The notes below the pieces were generated by a model, which was given only the letters and a program-made list of their open reading frames with translations, did not search any database and had not been told where the DNA came from. From Octopus bimaculoides (lineage: Eukaryota): a stretch of 64,000 bases of DNA. Shown piece by piece: positions 14,029 to 23,764 of this stretch (within the stretch, counting starts at the first letter, position 1; every line of letters begins with the position of its first letter). The translations under genes and the position numbers were made by a program. Location of the stretch: the NCBI RefSeq assembly GCF_001194135.2, contig NC_068983.1, positions 84,660,338-84,724,337 of the forward strand, given 5' to 3'.

Positions 14029-14077
<49 letters not shown>

Positions 14078-14343
14078 CACACACAGACATACAGGCATAA
14101 ACACACACAAACACAAAAACTCACGCACACACATGTACATATAATCATTCATAAAATATATATGTATACATGGATACATGTGTTTCTATGTATGCATGTA
14201 TGTATGTATGTATGTATGTATGTATGTATGTATCTATCTATCTATCTATTTATCTGTCTGTGTATCTGTCTCTCTGTGTATGTATGTATGTATGTATGTA
14301 TGTATGTATGTATGTATGCATGTGTGTGTATGTTTGTATGTAC

Positions 14344-14395
<52 letters not shown>

Positions 14396-14400
14396 ATATT
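13848..14400. repeat. Compound (ATGT)/(TG)/(CA)/(TATC) microsatellite
   Basis: Direct reading. Confidence 0.95.
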
Positions 14401-15178
14401 AAATAGCATAATTTATTATGCTGTAAATTTCATGTGACTGTGTCATACGCCATGTTTGCTGCTGTTGCTGCTACTGCTACTATATCTTCTTAGGCTTCTG
14501 TTTTTGTTGGTCTCTCGACTGTTTTGTTCTTTATAAAACACATTTCATGTATGTTAATTATAAATGTTTCTAGTTTGTCCTCTGAATCCTTACTTTTAAT
14601 CTCTATTGCTCTTATGTTTATGTGTCTCGGTCCTACAATAGGTTGAACATGCTGCATGAAATGTCAATGCTGTTTTTCTTATTCAGTATGTATGTATGTA
14701 TGTATGTATGTATGTATGTATGTATGTGTGTGTGTATGTGTGTGTGGATTTTATTGTGTACTACGTGTGTGTTTTGTATGGATCATGTACCAAAGGGAAT
14801 GAAATATGTTTGTAGTTACGTATAGATTGTTATATTGCTTAGTGTTGTATGCTTTAAAGTCAGTAATATACACACTATATGTGATGAATGCCGTGTCAGA
14901 TTCCTTGCTTGTTATTCCAATAGATTAACACACATTGAGGCATGCGCTGTAGGGAAGAGGATCAACTCCGTTGAAGAGAGATGGAGTAGGAAGAGACAGA
15001 GTGAGACAGAGAGTGAGTGAGCTAGTTTTATTTGAAACTCTGCCATCACGCTGACACCCCTGTAGTCACATCTATTTTCATTCTGTGCATTCCTAGCGAA
15101 TAGTAACCTTTTCACCGACCAACTCATTGTCGTCGTTGTCAATCTCCTCCTGCTGATCCGCCTCTTGTACATACTTAC

Positions 15179-15250
15179 GAACAATCATACCAAACAAAAT
15201 ATTGATGATAACTAAATTAGTACTAATATATCCAATGCAGAAAGTATTAA
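15179..15250 (-). CDS. Candidate 72-nt phase 1-1 exon encoding a hydrophobic helix resembling a channel S6 (xNTFCIGYISTNLVIINILFGMIV); the frame could instead run on to the stop at 15093
   Basis: Minus-strand acceptor tcatttccAG (present twice in tandem), donor TTC|GTAAGT, open frame. Confidence 0.35.
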
Positions 15251-15314
15251 CTGGAAATGAACTGGAAATGATAACGTTCTGTGTGTGCATGCATGTGTTA
15301 GTTAGTTAGTTAGT

Positions 15315-15382
<68 letters not shown>

Positions 15383-17320
15383 CAGGGAGAGACAGAAAGA
15401 AAGAAGGAAAGAGAGAAGAGAAACAGTATTAGGCAATGACTGATACTATTTCAATTATTCCTGACTCAAAATTTAACTCGTTTATTGTAACTAATTCACA
15501 ACTCGGAGCCAATTCCGGATAGTGATTCAGTTTCATTCTGACTTCATCTGCGAAGTATAGACCAGTGTTACTCAAAGGGTGGGTAGGTCTGTAAAGATTA
15601 AAAAAGGGCAGACAAATGACTATATTTAATACAATTAAGATGGTTTCCAACCTTTTAACTCCCTGGTGAAGGAAAAACAACTACATAGATGAAAATTCTA
15701 TTTCTTCATTCAATTAAGAAAGAAGGGAAAGGGTGTAAACAATTTCACCAATATTCTTGTGGTTGGTGTGCCTGATATTTGCCAGTTTGTCAATCATCAG
15801 TAGAGCTTCACCGTACTTGCAGAAATATTAATAAAAAAAAAACTCTCGAAGCGTATGTTGAAGATTATATACACTGGGTGGGATAGAAAAAGAGGTTTAG
15901 CGAAGGAATTATCCCGAGATCATATCGATTTTATACTAACTTGCTTGTCTTGTAAATTTTATTTTTCATTCAATGGGTCTCCTGATCTTTTTAAAAAGAA
16001 ATTATTATAAGATTATGATATTTTTCATCATTTTATAAATATAAAACGGTTGCAACAAAGACAAAGACAAAGCAACAAAAATTAGATGTGTAAATGTAAC
16101 AGCTGTATAAAAGATGACAGAAAAGCTAATATAAAGAAGGGAGTAAGGGAGCCTATACGTTGTTANNNNNNNNNNTGTCTTCGTGGAAATATAGAAAAGA
16201 TACCATGTGTAGTGTAGCCATAGATTAAAAAAAAAAAAAAATAGAACGGTCATGTCTGGGACACATTTGATCAAAGGTCTGTTCAATTAAGGTGACTTGG
16301 GTACACGCCACCCCAACAATAACAACATCGAAAAATGCAAGCTTATAAAGAAGTTATTTTGTAGTGTCCATAGATTAGCAATTTGTTGGCCTTGATTAAT
16401 AGTTTATCGTGAAATTTTGTAGTTGAACCTTAGATCAGCCTTGATCAAGCAAACCAATGATCAATGGTGTTTGCAACCATGATCAAGCCATCATTTTTTC
16501 CCAGTGCATTTAGGACTATATTATCCTACGCGTCCTCTCCCATCTTTTCATCATTTGCTTACCAGTGTTAAATATTCTTAACGCTTCAATTCTTCGCCGT
16601 CACGTTAAGAAAGCAAATGGTTTCTTCAGTATATTATTATCTAAAGTGCTTACTTGGGCGTTCCTAAAGAATGGAGTCAGAATTTATCTAGTGTGCTAAA
16701 AGCCATAATTTCTACGAATGTGTTTAAGTATCGCTGATTGTGGAAATGCTAAAAAAACAAATAACAAACGCGGTGGTGATTGGAGGAAGAGTTGCCCTTA
16801 CCTCATTTCCGTGATATTTATCAANNNNNNNNNNGCAACAAAAATTAGATGTGTAAATGTAACAGCTGTATAAAAGATGACAGAAAAGCTAATATAAAGA
16901 AGGGAGTAAGGGAGCCTATACGTTGTTACACAACCAGCTAGAAATAGCAGAAATATCAGCCATATTCCTTCATGTCTTCGTGGAAATATAGAAAGGATAC
17001 CATGTGTAGTGTAGCCATAGATTAAAAAAAAAAAAAAAATAGAACGGTCATGTCTGGGACACATTTGATCAAAGGTCTGTTCAATTAAGGTGACTTGGGT
17101 ACACGCCACCCCAACAATAACAACATCGAAAAATGCAAGCTTATAAANNNNNNNNNNNNNNNNNNNNNNNNNNNNNNNNNNNNNNNNNNNNNNNNNNNNN
17201 NNNNNNNNNNNNNNNNNNNNNNNNNNNNNNNNNNNNNNNNNNNNNNNNNNNNNNNNNNNNNNNNNNNNNNNNNNNNNNNNNNNNNNNNNNNNNNNNNNNN
17301 NNNNNNNNNNNNNNNNNNNN

Positions 17321-17358
<38 letters not shown>

Positions 17359-17371
17359 GAAAGATGTTGTA

Positions 17372-17535
17372 TGTCACTAGTACTTTATTGTCACTAGTAC
17401 TTTATTTGTCACTAGTACTTTATTTACCGACCTTGAAAAGATAAAAGGCAAAATTGACTTTACTGGGATTTCAACTCAGAGCGTAAAGAACTGGAAAATC
17501 TATGGCATGGCATTTTCTATCTAACAGACTCTGCT
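17372..17535 (-). mobile_element. Antisense SINE (family A) with a 17-18 bp tandem triplication (tgtcactagtactttat x3)
   Basis: Reverse complement reads gcagagtctgttag..acgctctgagttgaaatcccagtaaagtcaattttgccttttatcttttcaaggtcggtaaataaagtac. Confidence 0.75.
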
Positions 17536-19480
17536 TATTCGCTATATTTCTCCAGGTAAGATGTGGAAATTTCAATTAATTCAAGTAATGAAGTTCTGTT
17601 GTTGCTGTTGTTGTTGTACAGCATTCAGAATATCAGCCCTCAAGTTATTTATCTAACTTAATATCATTGGTTCCTTTGAGTTATTTCCCATAGCTCATTT
17701 TTTCTAATTAGATGAATTCGAAAGCTTCGACGAACTCTAAGGTTTCTTCCTTTAGGAACACAATTGTAAAACACAAGCAATTCACAAACGTGTATGGCAT
17801 CCGGCTGTCGTTGTAACCCTTTTTCAATAAAGCTTTAGGACTTGCCAGTAAATATTTTTTGCATATTGATGATTTAAACGTTATAATGAAAAGAGTGTCA
17901 GGTATGGTTAACATAATATTTAACTGCTGATCAAAAGATGATGTAGAAGCTCTCATTGTGTGGATCAAAATCATTCGAACTTTGACTTTTTTATAGCGAA
18001 ATTTGTGATTTTGGATAGGTTCGTATGCGGTGGGAATTTAGTTACGCAGACCAGTATCAGTGCCCTCGGATTGTTTTAAAACTTCTTTTAGGTATAGTTC
18101 ATCCGGGACTACCTTATCCTATAACCCCACTCATATTTCTTAAGACAGTAGGGTCGTATTTTGAGAGTTTTTAGGTCGCTGTTTCTAGCAGGTTGTGTGA
18201 CCGCATACAGGTCCACTTTGCTTCACATAGGGGTGATTGTTTTTTGTACGTATGTATATGCGTCTCTATATGATATTACTAGTAAAAGTGTGTATAGATA
18301 TGAGTGTGTGTTAGTGCGTATATGAATTTGCATGTTCTATTCAACTTAACCGCTAGAAGTTATGTTTGTTATGAAAGGAGTTTATTGTTAACAACTTGTA
18401 GTTATTAGGTCCTTGTTAACTGTTTGCTGGTAATCGCCGGTAATGGTTTGTTATTAACAACATGTTTAACTGCATGTTGATTTCTTGTGTACACTGTTGT
18501 TGCTGTTCTCGTGCCTCAGATCAGCTCTCATCAAGTAGATCTCCGATCAAAGATGTTTTCAGCCTTGACCCTCCATTTCTTTTCCAAGTACAATGTCCCC
18601 GGACTTTATTACTCTACTTGTCCTATTTTTAGATCGTAGGCTATGCTGTGAGGTTTTGGCTATTTTTTTAAAAGTCCAACGATATAAGGCTCATTGAATC
18701 AAATTGATACTCGTAATTAATTTTTGCTAATACCTTGTTGGAAATAGTTTCTTAATTTTTATTAATAGTTCATGATATTTTAGACACCAATTATACAAGT
18801 ACTAGTGGTAATCAAGAAAGTAAGTTTCAGGCAAGTACGTGTGCGATCTGATTCACTATACCCTCCACCCACCCATACACACCATATCTTAAATTTCTGG
18901 GTTACTTTAAAAACTATTTTATACAGCTTTTTTTTTGTTAATAATTCTATGGTACTAGTATCTTATTAATAGCCAACTGTTTAACTGAAACCATAAGATG
19001 TTTCACTGTTTATTGTTCGGGCTATCATTGATCTGATTAAAATTTCAAGTGGACACGATTTCTTTGACTTTAACAAAATATGTCACGATATACTTCTCAC
19101 CAAGAGCTGATCTCGGCTCTTTAACAACCATGTGGCGAACACTAAAAGATTTCGAGACTAACTTTTGGCGTTCTTGCTCTGTAATTCGGTGTTGATTCCA
19201 AATTGTTGCTATTTAATTTTATTCCATTAATTAAACCCCTGAAGAGAAAAACGCCCCACAAATATCACAATATTCTACTTTATGTTTCCCATAATTCTTG
19301 TGCCTAATCGAAAAGGAATTAATAGTTTTATTGTCCCTACGTTCCTAGCAAGCCAAGTTCACAGAGCATTGTGAAAATGACAATTAATAGGTAGTTTATT
19401 TTCTCATTGAAATATGAAAAAATTTTAATGAATCTTATTTTATATTATGTAATAATCTTTCTTTGATAAAATGTTCTAAA

Positions 19481-19501
19481 TAGATTTTTCATGTCTTTCA
19501 G
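19481..19501 (+). other. 3' splice acceptor of the giant exon (exon starts 19502)
   Basis: tagatttttcatgtctttcAG immediately precedes the switch from AT-rich intron-like DNA to exon-like composition. Confidence 0.65.
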
Positions 19502-19740
19502 ATATTCACCTTTTGGTCTGTACAAGATGACATCAGTGGTAAAAAGACATTTGTTCGTTGGCGATTCGCCACTCACAAATGAGTGAAAACACCAACTCAG
19601 CTCACATACCCGCTTCACATCGCTTATCACCATCTTGCTTATCACCACCTTCATCTTTGGATAATCCAGTCCACGCTACCTCTGACCCGCACTCATCTTT
19701 ATGCAGCATTGCTCACACATCATCCGAAACTGCACTCACT

Positions 19741-22700
19741 ATGGGCAATCAACTTAGCGGAGATGGAAGTTTGAAAAGGAAAAGCAAGAAGAAAAATAAA
19801 AACAAAAACGACGAAAAAAGCAAAAGTGAAACCACTTCAGTACTAGATGAAACTGTTGTCGGTGCGTTTGGTGGATCATCTGTCGATGATACCAGTTCCC
19901 CCAGTAAACGACCGGCCCAGAGCAAGTCTCCTCGGCCTGTAAGGTCGACTTATGATAATGTTAATCAACATGGCTCCAATTCGAACTTATGCTCAAATTC
20001 AGGTCTTTACACTAGTGACCTCTATTTGGACACGGTTAGTCGGCTGGATGTCAGCATGACTACTAGTCAAATGGAAACAACTCCGAGAAATGAAAGATCT
20101 TATCGGTTTGATACTCAGTTAGCTGATGATGTATCGTTTAGTGAAATATCCTTTAATGAATCGGGTTTCATTACACCAGCTTTGAGTACACCTCAAGTGA
20201 GACGTAACGAATTACAACAAATAAAAACCACGACAGACAGTGTCAGCGAATTGGGGAAGGAAATAGAAAGGACAATTTTCGAAAGATTATCAGCTGACGG
20301 GAAGTCGGATGGTAGCAAAATAAAATCCGCAGAAACTCCTCCTCTTCCTAGTAAGCAGGATGCTGAAGAAAATGTTGGTCATGGTGTTGATGAAAAATCA
20401 AAACGACTGGAATACATGAATGAAGGAAAGGCACAAACCGAAGAAAAATGTGCTGTCAGTCAAACTGACATGAAAGCACCCGAAGATAACAGTACTGGTC
20501 TGTCGACTTGTCAAGAACTTACAGCCCCTACTCCCAGTGAAGAAGAGATTTGGTCAAATGACAACAGTAAAGACAAGGAGAAATCTTCTGAAATGATCAA
20601 CAAAGCCGACTGGGAATTGATGGAGAAAGAAAGTAAAATATCAGTTACCGACAATACAACCACCGACACCGAAGAACTGACTGAAGTATCCCAAAGAGAA
20701 GCTCCTGAAAAAGCAGAGCATTCAAAAATAGAGCCGAATCAGAATCATTCAAGCTCTGATGAAACTTTTCAGAACGATTTCGAGCAGGTGAAATCACACA
20801 TTAATGAAGACGTTAAGGTCTCACTCAAAGATAGCGATTATGATGCGCCTGAAAGAGAGGGTGTTAAATCAGAGCAAAATGGGACTGTCGATAAAAATGT
20901 TTGCCCAGAGACTCCAGAACAAGAACAAAAGCTAATACCACCTCCCGATGTTGCTGCAAATCAGAAAGTGGAGGAAATTGTAATGGAGGAACCAGTGCCA
21001 AAAAGCGCCGACGATGAAATTAAACAAGTTAAACAGTCAGTAAATCAATGTTTAAATGAGAAAGAAGTCGAAACAAAGATGATTATCGATGATAAAGCTC
21101 AATTAACTGAAAACTATGATGAAAGTACTCTTTCAAATAAAACCGAAAACGTATGTGAAGCTGAGAAATGTTCTTTGAAGAATATCCAAGAAACCGCTGC
21201 TGCTGTAATCGCAACGAAACCTTCGATCCCTGACGAAATCTTGACCATCTCCGAAGCTGTCCCAGTTGTAAAAAATACATCAGTTAAAGAACTGGAACCT
21301 GTTTGCGAAAAAATTATAGAGTCTTCAAGTGCTTCTTTTGCAGAGCGATCAAAGATTCTAGTTCATCATCCTGTTTTAAGTAATGACCAAGAAAAGGAAA
21401 CCGAACGAATCAAGACCAGTTGCGATGAGAGCTCGAAAAAGTATATTCATGAACCAGACGTAGAAGCAAACAGTATCAAAAGTGAATCCGATAAACATTC
21501 TAAAGACCCGGCTACACAAGAAATAGAAGAAATTCCTCAGGGAGCTATTTTGGAAACCGAAAGTAGTTTAGAATGTTCTGTCACTCAAACAAGTGATACA
21601 ACTGATGATAAAAAAGAAACCTCAGAAAACGAACAAAATATTTCGAAAATCAAAACAAAAAAAGGACGCAAAAGAAAAAGAAAGAAAAAATCGAGTTTAG
21701 GAAACGAAAGTTCGGCAAATGCTTCTGCGAGTGAGAGCCAAAGTGTTAGCGAAGTGACAGAAATAGAGGATAACTGTGATCTAGCTATCTCTAGATCCAG
21801 AGACAGTGATCTCACAAAAGAGGATGAAGAGAACGGTAATGAAATAAAATCTGTTGCTAGCACCCCTGATAGTGACAGCCCCGTATTTCTGCATCAATCC
21901 TCTGTCATAGAAAATACTAATTATTTAAAGGACGAAAGCTCAACATCAGATAAGTCAAACACTGTATCTAGTAGTGAAATTCAGAAAAAAGAACAAGCAA
22001 ATCAGAAGGACATCGATTCAAAACCACATCCTTTTGTAGACGTAAGTTGTTCAGTTGGAGCGTTGCATTCAACCACTGATATTGTGAGTGATGAATCTAC
22101 TCCCACGAATGAACGTCAGAATGAAATAAGAGCTTTCTATATTCCAAATAAAGAACAGAAAATTAAGTCAGATTCTTCACATGGAGAAGGAACCAAAGAC
22201 GACAATAAACGACTTAATGACCAAGTAGAAAACGTTCATACTACCAACGAAAGGACAGAAAAAGAAGATCAACAACTGGAAGATGAAAGTAAAAATATTA
22301 GTCAACTGAATGTTCAGTGTGAAGATGAAAATGAAACACATCAATGTGAAGATGAAAACGAAAACGTGTTCGATAAAGATGAAGATGCAACTGTTGCTAT
22401 TCCACATTGTCGAAATGGGACCAAAAACATTGTTGAAGAAACTGTTAACCCAAGACTATCAACTGCCTCTGAAGAACTCAACGAAATTATGGAAAATTCA
22501 AATAAAGTTGAAAAGAGAAGTGATCAAAATCGGCCACATAGTTACCCTAAAGAAGGTGAAGATCTGCGGGACAGAAATGAAAACCACTCAGCAACTTCTC
22601 AGGTAAGTTTAGAATCAAATAACTCCAGTAAAAAGAATTACAAATCTGGTCATAAGTCTCTGACTGATATCGACCACAACTTACCGGAAACATTACCTGA

Positions 22701-23445
22701 ACTTGCTGATCTAAAGAACTTTCTCGATTACATAAAACTAGGGGAAGATCAAAAATTATCAGAATCACCTTTTCCTTATAAGTGTGAAACTAATCGCTCA
22801 TCTCCATCTGAAAACGCGAGTAGTCGGCGTCTTTCACGTATTTCGCCGGCAGTGACCGATAGATCCGTGACCGAATCCGATATTGATATTTCAGAACAAC
22901 GCGATGATATCAGTACAGACAGCAACATCTTCGCCGATGATGAAGATGAATCAGCCTCTGAATTACTTTTCACTAAAACTTACACAGAACCAGACAAAGG
23001 GGGAGAAGTGCTGGTCAGTTGTACAGTCGTTAATACAGCTGCTGATGATGACAGTGATGACTTTTGGGCAGAGCATTCGGCGAGTGAAGAAGTTTACAGA
23101 CAAATACAAAGCTCTACCAAGGTCGTAACTACAGTTTTTGACAATGCTCGCCTACAAATGCAGGACATTCATACACATCTACAAAATCTCCGTTTACAAA
23201 TGGAGAACCTTCAAGAATCATTGGACAATGCCTCTATTTTTAGCCATGAGTACTACCCTGCCGACGATACTCCCGAGTCGTCCCAAGATTTCTATCCTTT
23301 AGACAAAGGATTCATTGTTTCACAAGAATATTTCCCGAAGCACATTGCATCGGTGACAACCGAAGAATATTCTCCTGTGGAGATTGGACCCGTATTAACT
23401 GAAGAATATTATTCATCACATTTTGGTAAACCACCATTTTTGTAA
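19741..23445 (+). CDS. Giant single-exon ORF, 1234 aa acidic low-complexity protein; candidate myristoylated scaffold (AKAP/MARCKS-like architecture), orthologue unknown
   Basis: Uninterrupted frame 19558-23445 in AT-rich, repeat-free DNA; an in-frame TAA at 19540-19542 bounds it upstream. ATG 19741 has strong context (actATGG) and gives MGNQLS; the upstream in-frame ATG 19579 (caaATGA) is weak. E/D/S/K/T-rich composition. Confidence 0.88.
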   Translation: MGNQLSGDGSLKRKSKKKNKNKNDEKSKSETTSVLDETVVGAFGGSSVDDTSSPSKRPAQSKSPRPVRSTYDNVNQHGSNSNLCSNSGLYTSDLYLDTVSRLDVSMTTSQMETTPRNERSYRFDTQLADDVSFSEISFNESGFITPALSTPQVRRNELQQIKTTTDSVSELGKEIERTIFERLSADGKSDGSKIKSAETPPLPSKQDAEENVGHGVDEKSKRLEYMNEGKAQTEEKCAVSQTDMKAPEDNSTGLSTCQELTAPTPSEEEIWSNDNSKDKEKSSEMINKADWELMEKESKISVTDNTTTDTEELTEVSQREAPEKAEHSKIEPNQNHSSSDETFQNDFEQVKSHINEDVKVSLKDSDYDAPEREGVKSEQNGTVDKNVCPETPEQEQKLIPPPDVAANQKVEEIVMEEPVPKSADDEIKQVKQSVNQCLNEKEVETKMIIDDKAQLTENYDESTLSNKTENVCEAEKCSLKNIQETAAAVIATKPSIPDEILTISEAVPVVKNTSVKELEPVCEKIIESSSASFAERSKILVHHPVLSNDQEKETERIKTSCDESSKKYIHEPDVEANSIKSESDKHSKDPATQEIEEIPQGAILETESSLECSVTQTSDTTDDKKETSENEQNISKIKTKKGRKRKRKKKSSLGNESSANASASESQSVSEVTEIEDNCDLAISRSRDSDLTKEDEENGNEIKSVASTPDSDSPVFLHQSSVIENTNYLKDESSTSDKSNTVSSSEIQKKEQANQKDIDSKPHPFVDVSCSVGALHSTTDIVSDESTPTNERQNEIRAFYIPNKEQKIKSDSSHGEGTKDDNKRLNDQVENVHTTNERTEKEDQQLEDESKNISQLNVQCEDENETHQCEDENENVFDKDEDATVAIPHCRNGTKNIVEETVNPRLSTASEELNEIMENSNKVEKRSDQNRPHSYPKEGEDLRDRNENHSATSQVSLESNNSSKKNYKSGHKSLTDIDHNLPETLPELADLKNFLDYIKLGEDQKLSESPFPYKCETNRSSPSENASSRRLSRISPAVTDRSVTESDIDISEQRDDISTDSNIFADDEDESASELLFTKTYTEPDKGGEVLVSCTVVNTAADDDSDDFWAEHSASEEVYRQIQSSTKVVTTVFDNARLQMQDIHTHLQNLRLQMENLQESLDNASIFSHEYYPADDTPESSQDFYPLDKGFIVSQEYFPKHIASVTTEEYSPVEIGPVLTEEYYSSHFGKPPFL
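22600..22608 (+). other. Internal consensus 5' splice donor within the giant ORF (phase 0, after ...ATSQ)
   Basis: CAG|GTAAGT, perfect consensus; CAG is an in-frame codon. Confidence 0.5.
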
Positions 23446-23579
23446 TATATATGTATGTATACACATATATGTAATATATATATATGTATGTATACACATA
23501 TACATACATGCAAACATGCATACACGCATCGTTTTGAAAGAGGTATCGAAGCTTTCATGCACATAATAAGCGGTATCAA

Positions 23580-23585
23580 AATAAA
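23580..23585 (+). promoter_or_regulatory. Candidate polyadenylation signal of the giant exon
   Basis: AATAAA 135 nt after the stop; TG-rich catgttttgtt about 55 nt downstream. Confidence 0.5.
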
Positions 23586-23731
23586 GATGACACAAAAATA
23601 GTCTCAAGTGATGTAGACAATATTTAAATGATCATTGCCATGTTTTGTTAAACTATATATCTTAGACTAGGCAGTTTAGGTTTTGTTGTTCGTTCTTTAT
23701 ACTTGATTGACCACTGTCCTACTCTCTCTAG

Positions 23732-23764
23732 AACCTGAAGACACCTGAACTTGAACTGTAAATG
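23732..23764 (+). other. Candidate 33-nt micro-exon ending in ATG
   Basis: Acceptor ccactgtcctactctctctAG, donor ATG|GTAAGT; stops in all three frames before the terminal ATG. Confidence 0.55.

Noticed and set aside
16072-17147. Near-identical ~300-bp direct duplication (16072-16349 and 16835-17147)
   Set aside because: Almost 100% identical and bounded by 10-N and larger gaps; most likely an allelic or scaffolding artefact
17712-17901. Possible 190-nt + strand exon (ttttctaattAG...CAG|GTATGG)
   Set aside because: Stops in all frames and only moderate sites; a UTR exon cannot be supported without RNA data
19558-19578. TTG start proposed by the ORF track for the 1295-aa ORF
   Set aside because: Eukaryotic context; real ATGs exist at 19579 and 19741
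22315-22368. QCEDENETH/QCEDENENV 27-nt duplication in the giant ORF
   Set aside because: Ordinary recent slippage in a low-complexity region; no functional signal
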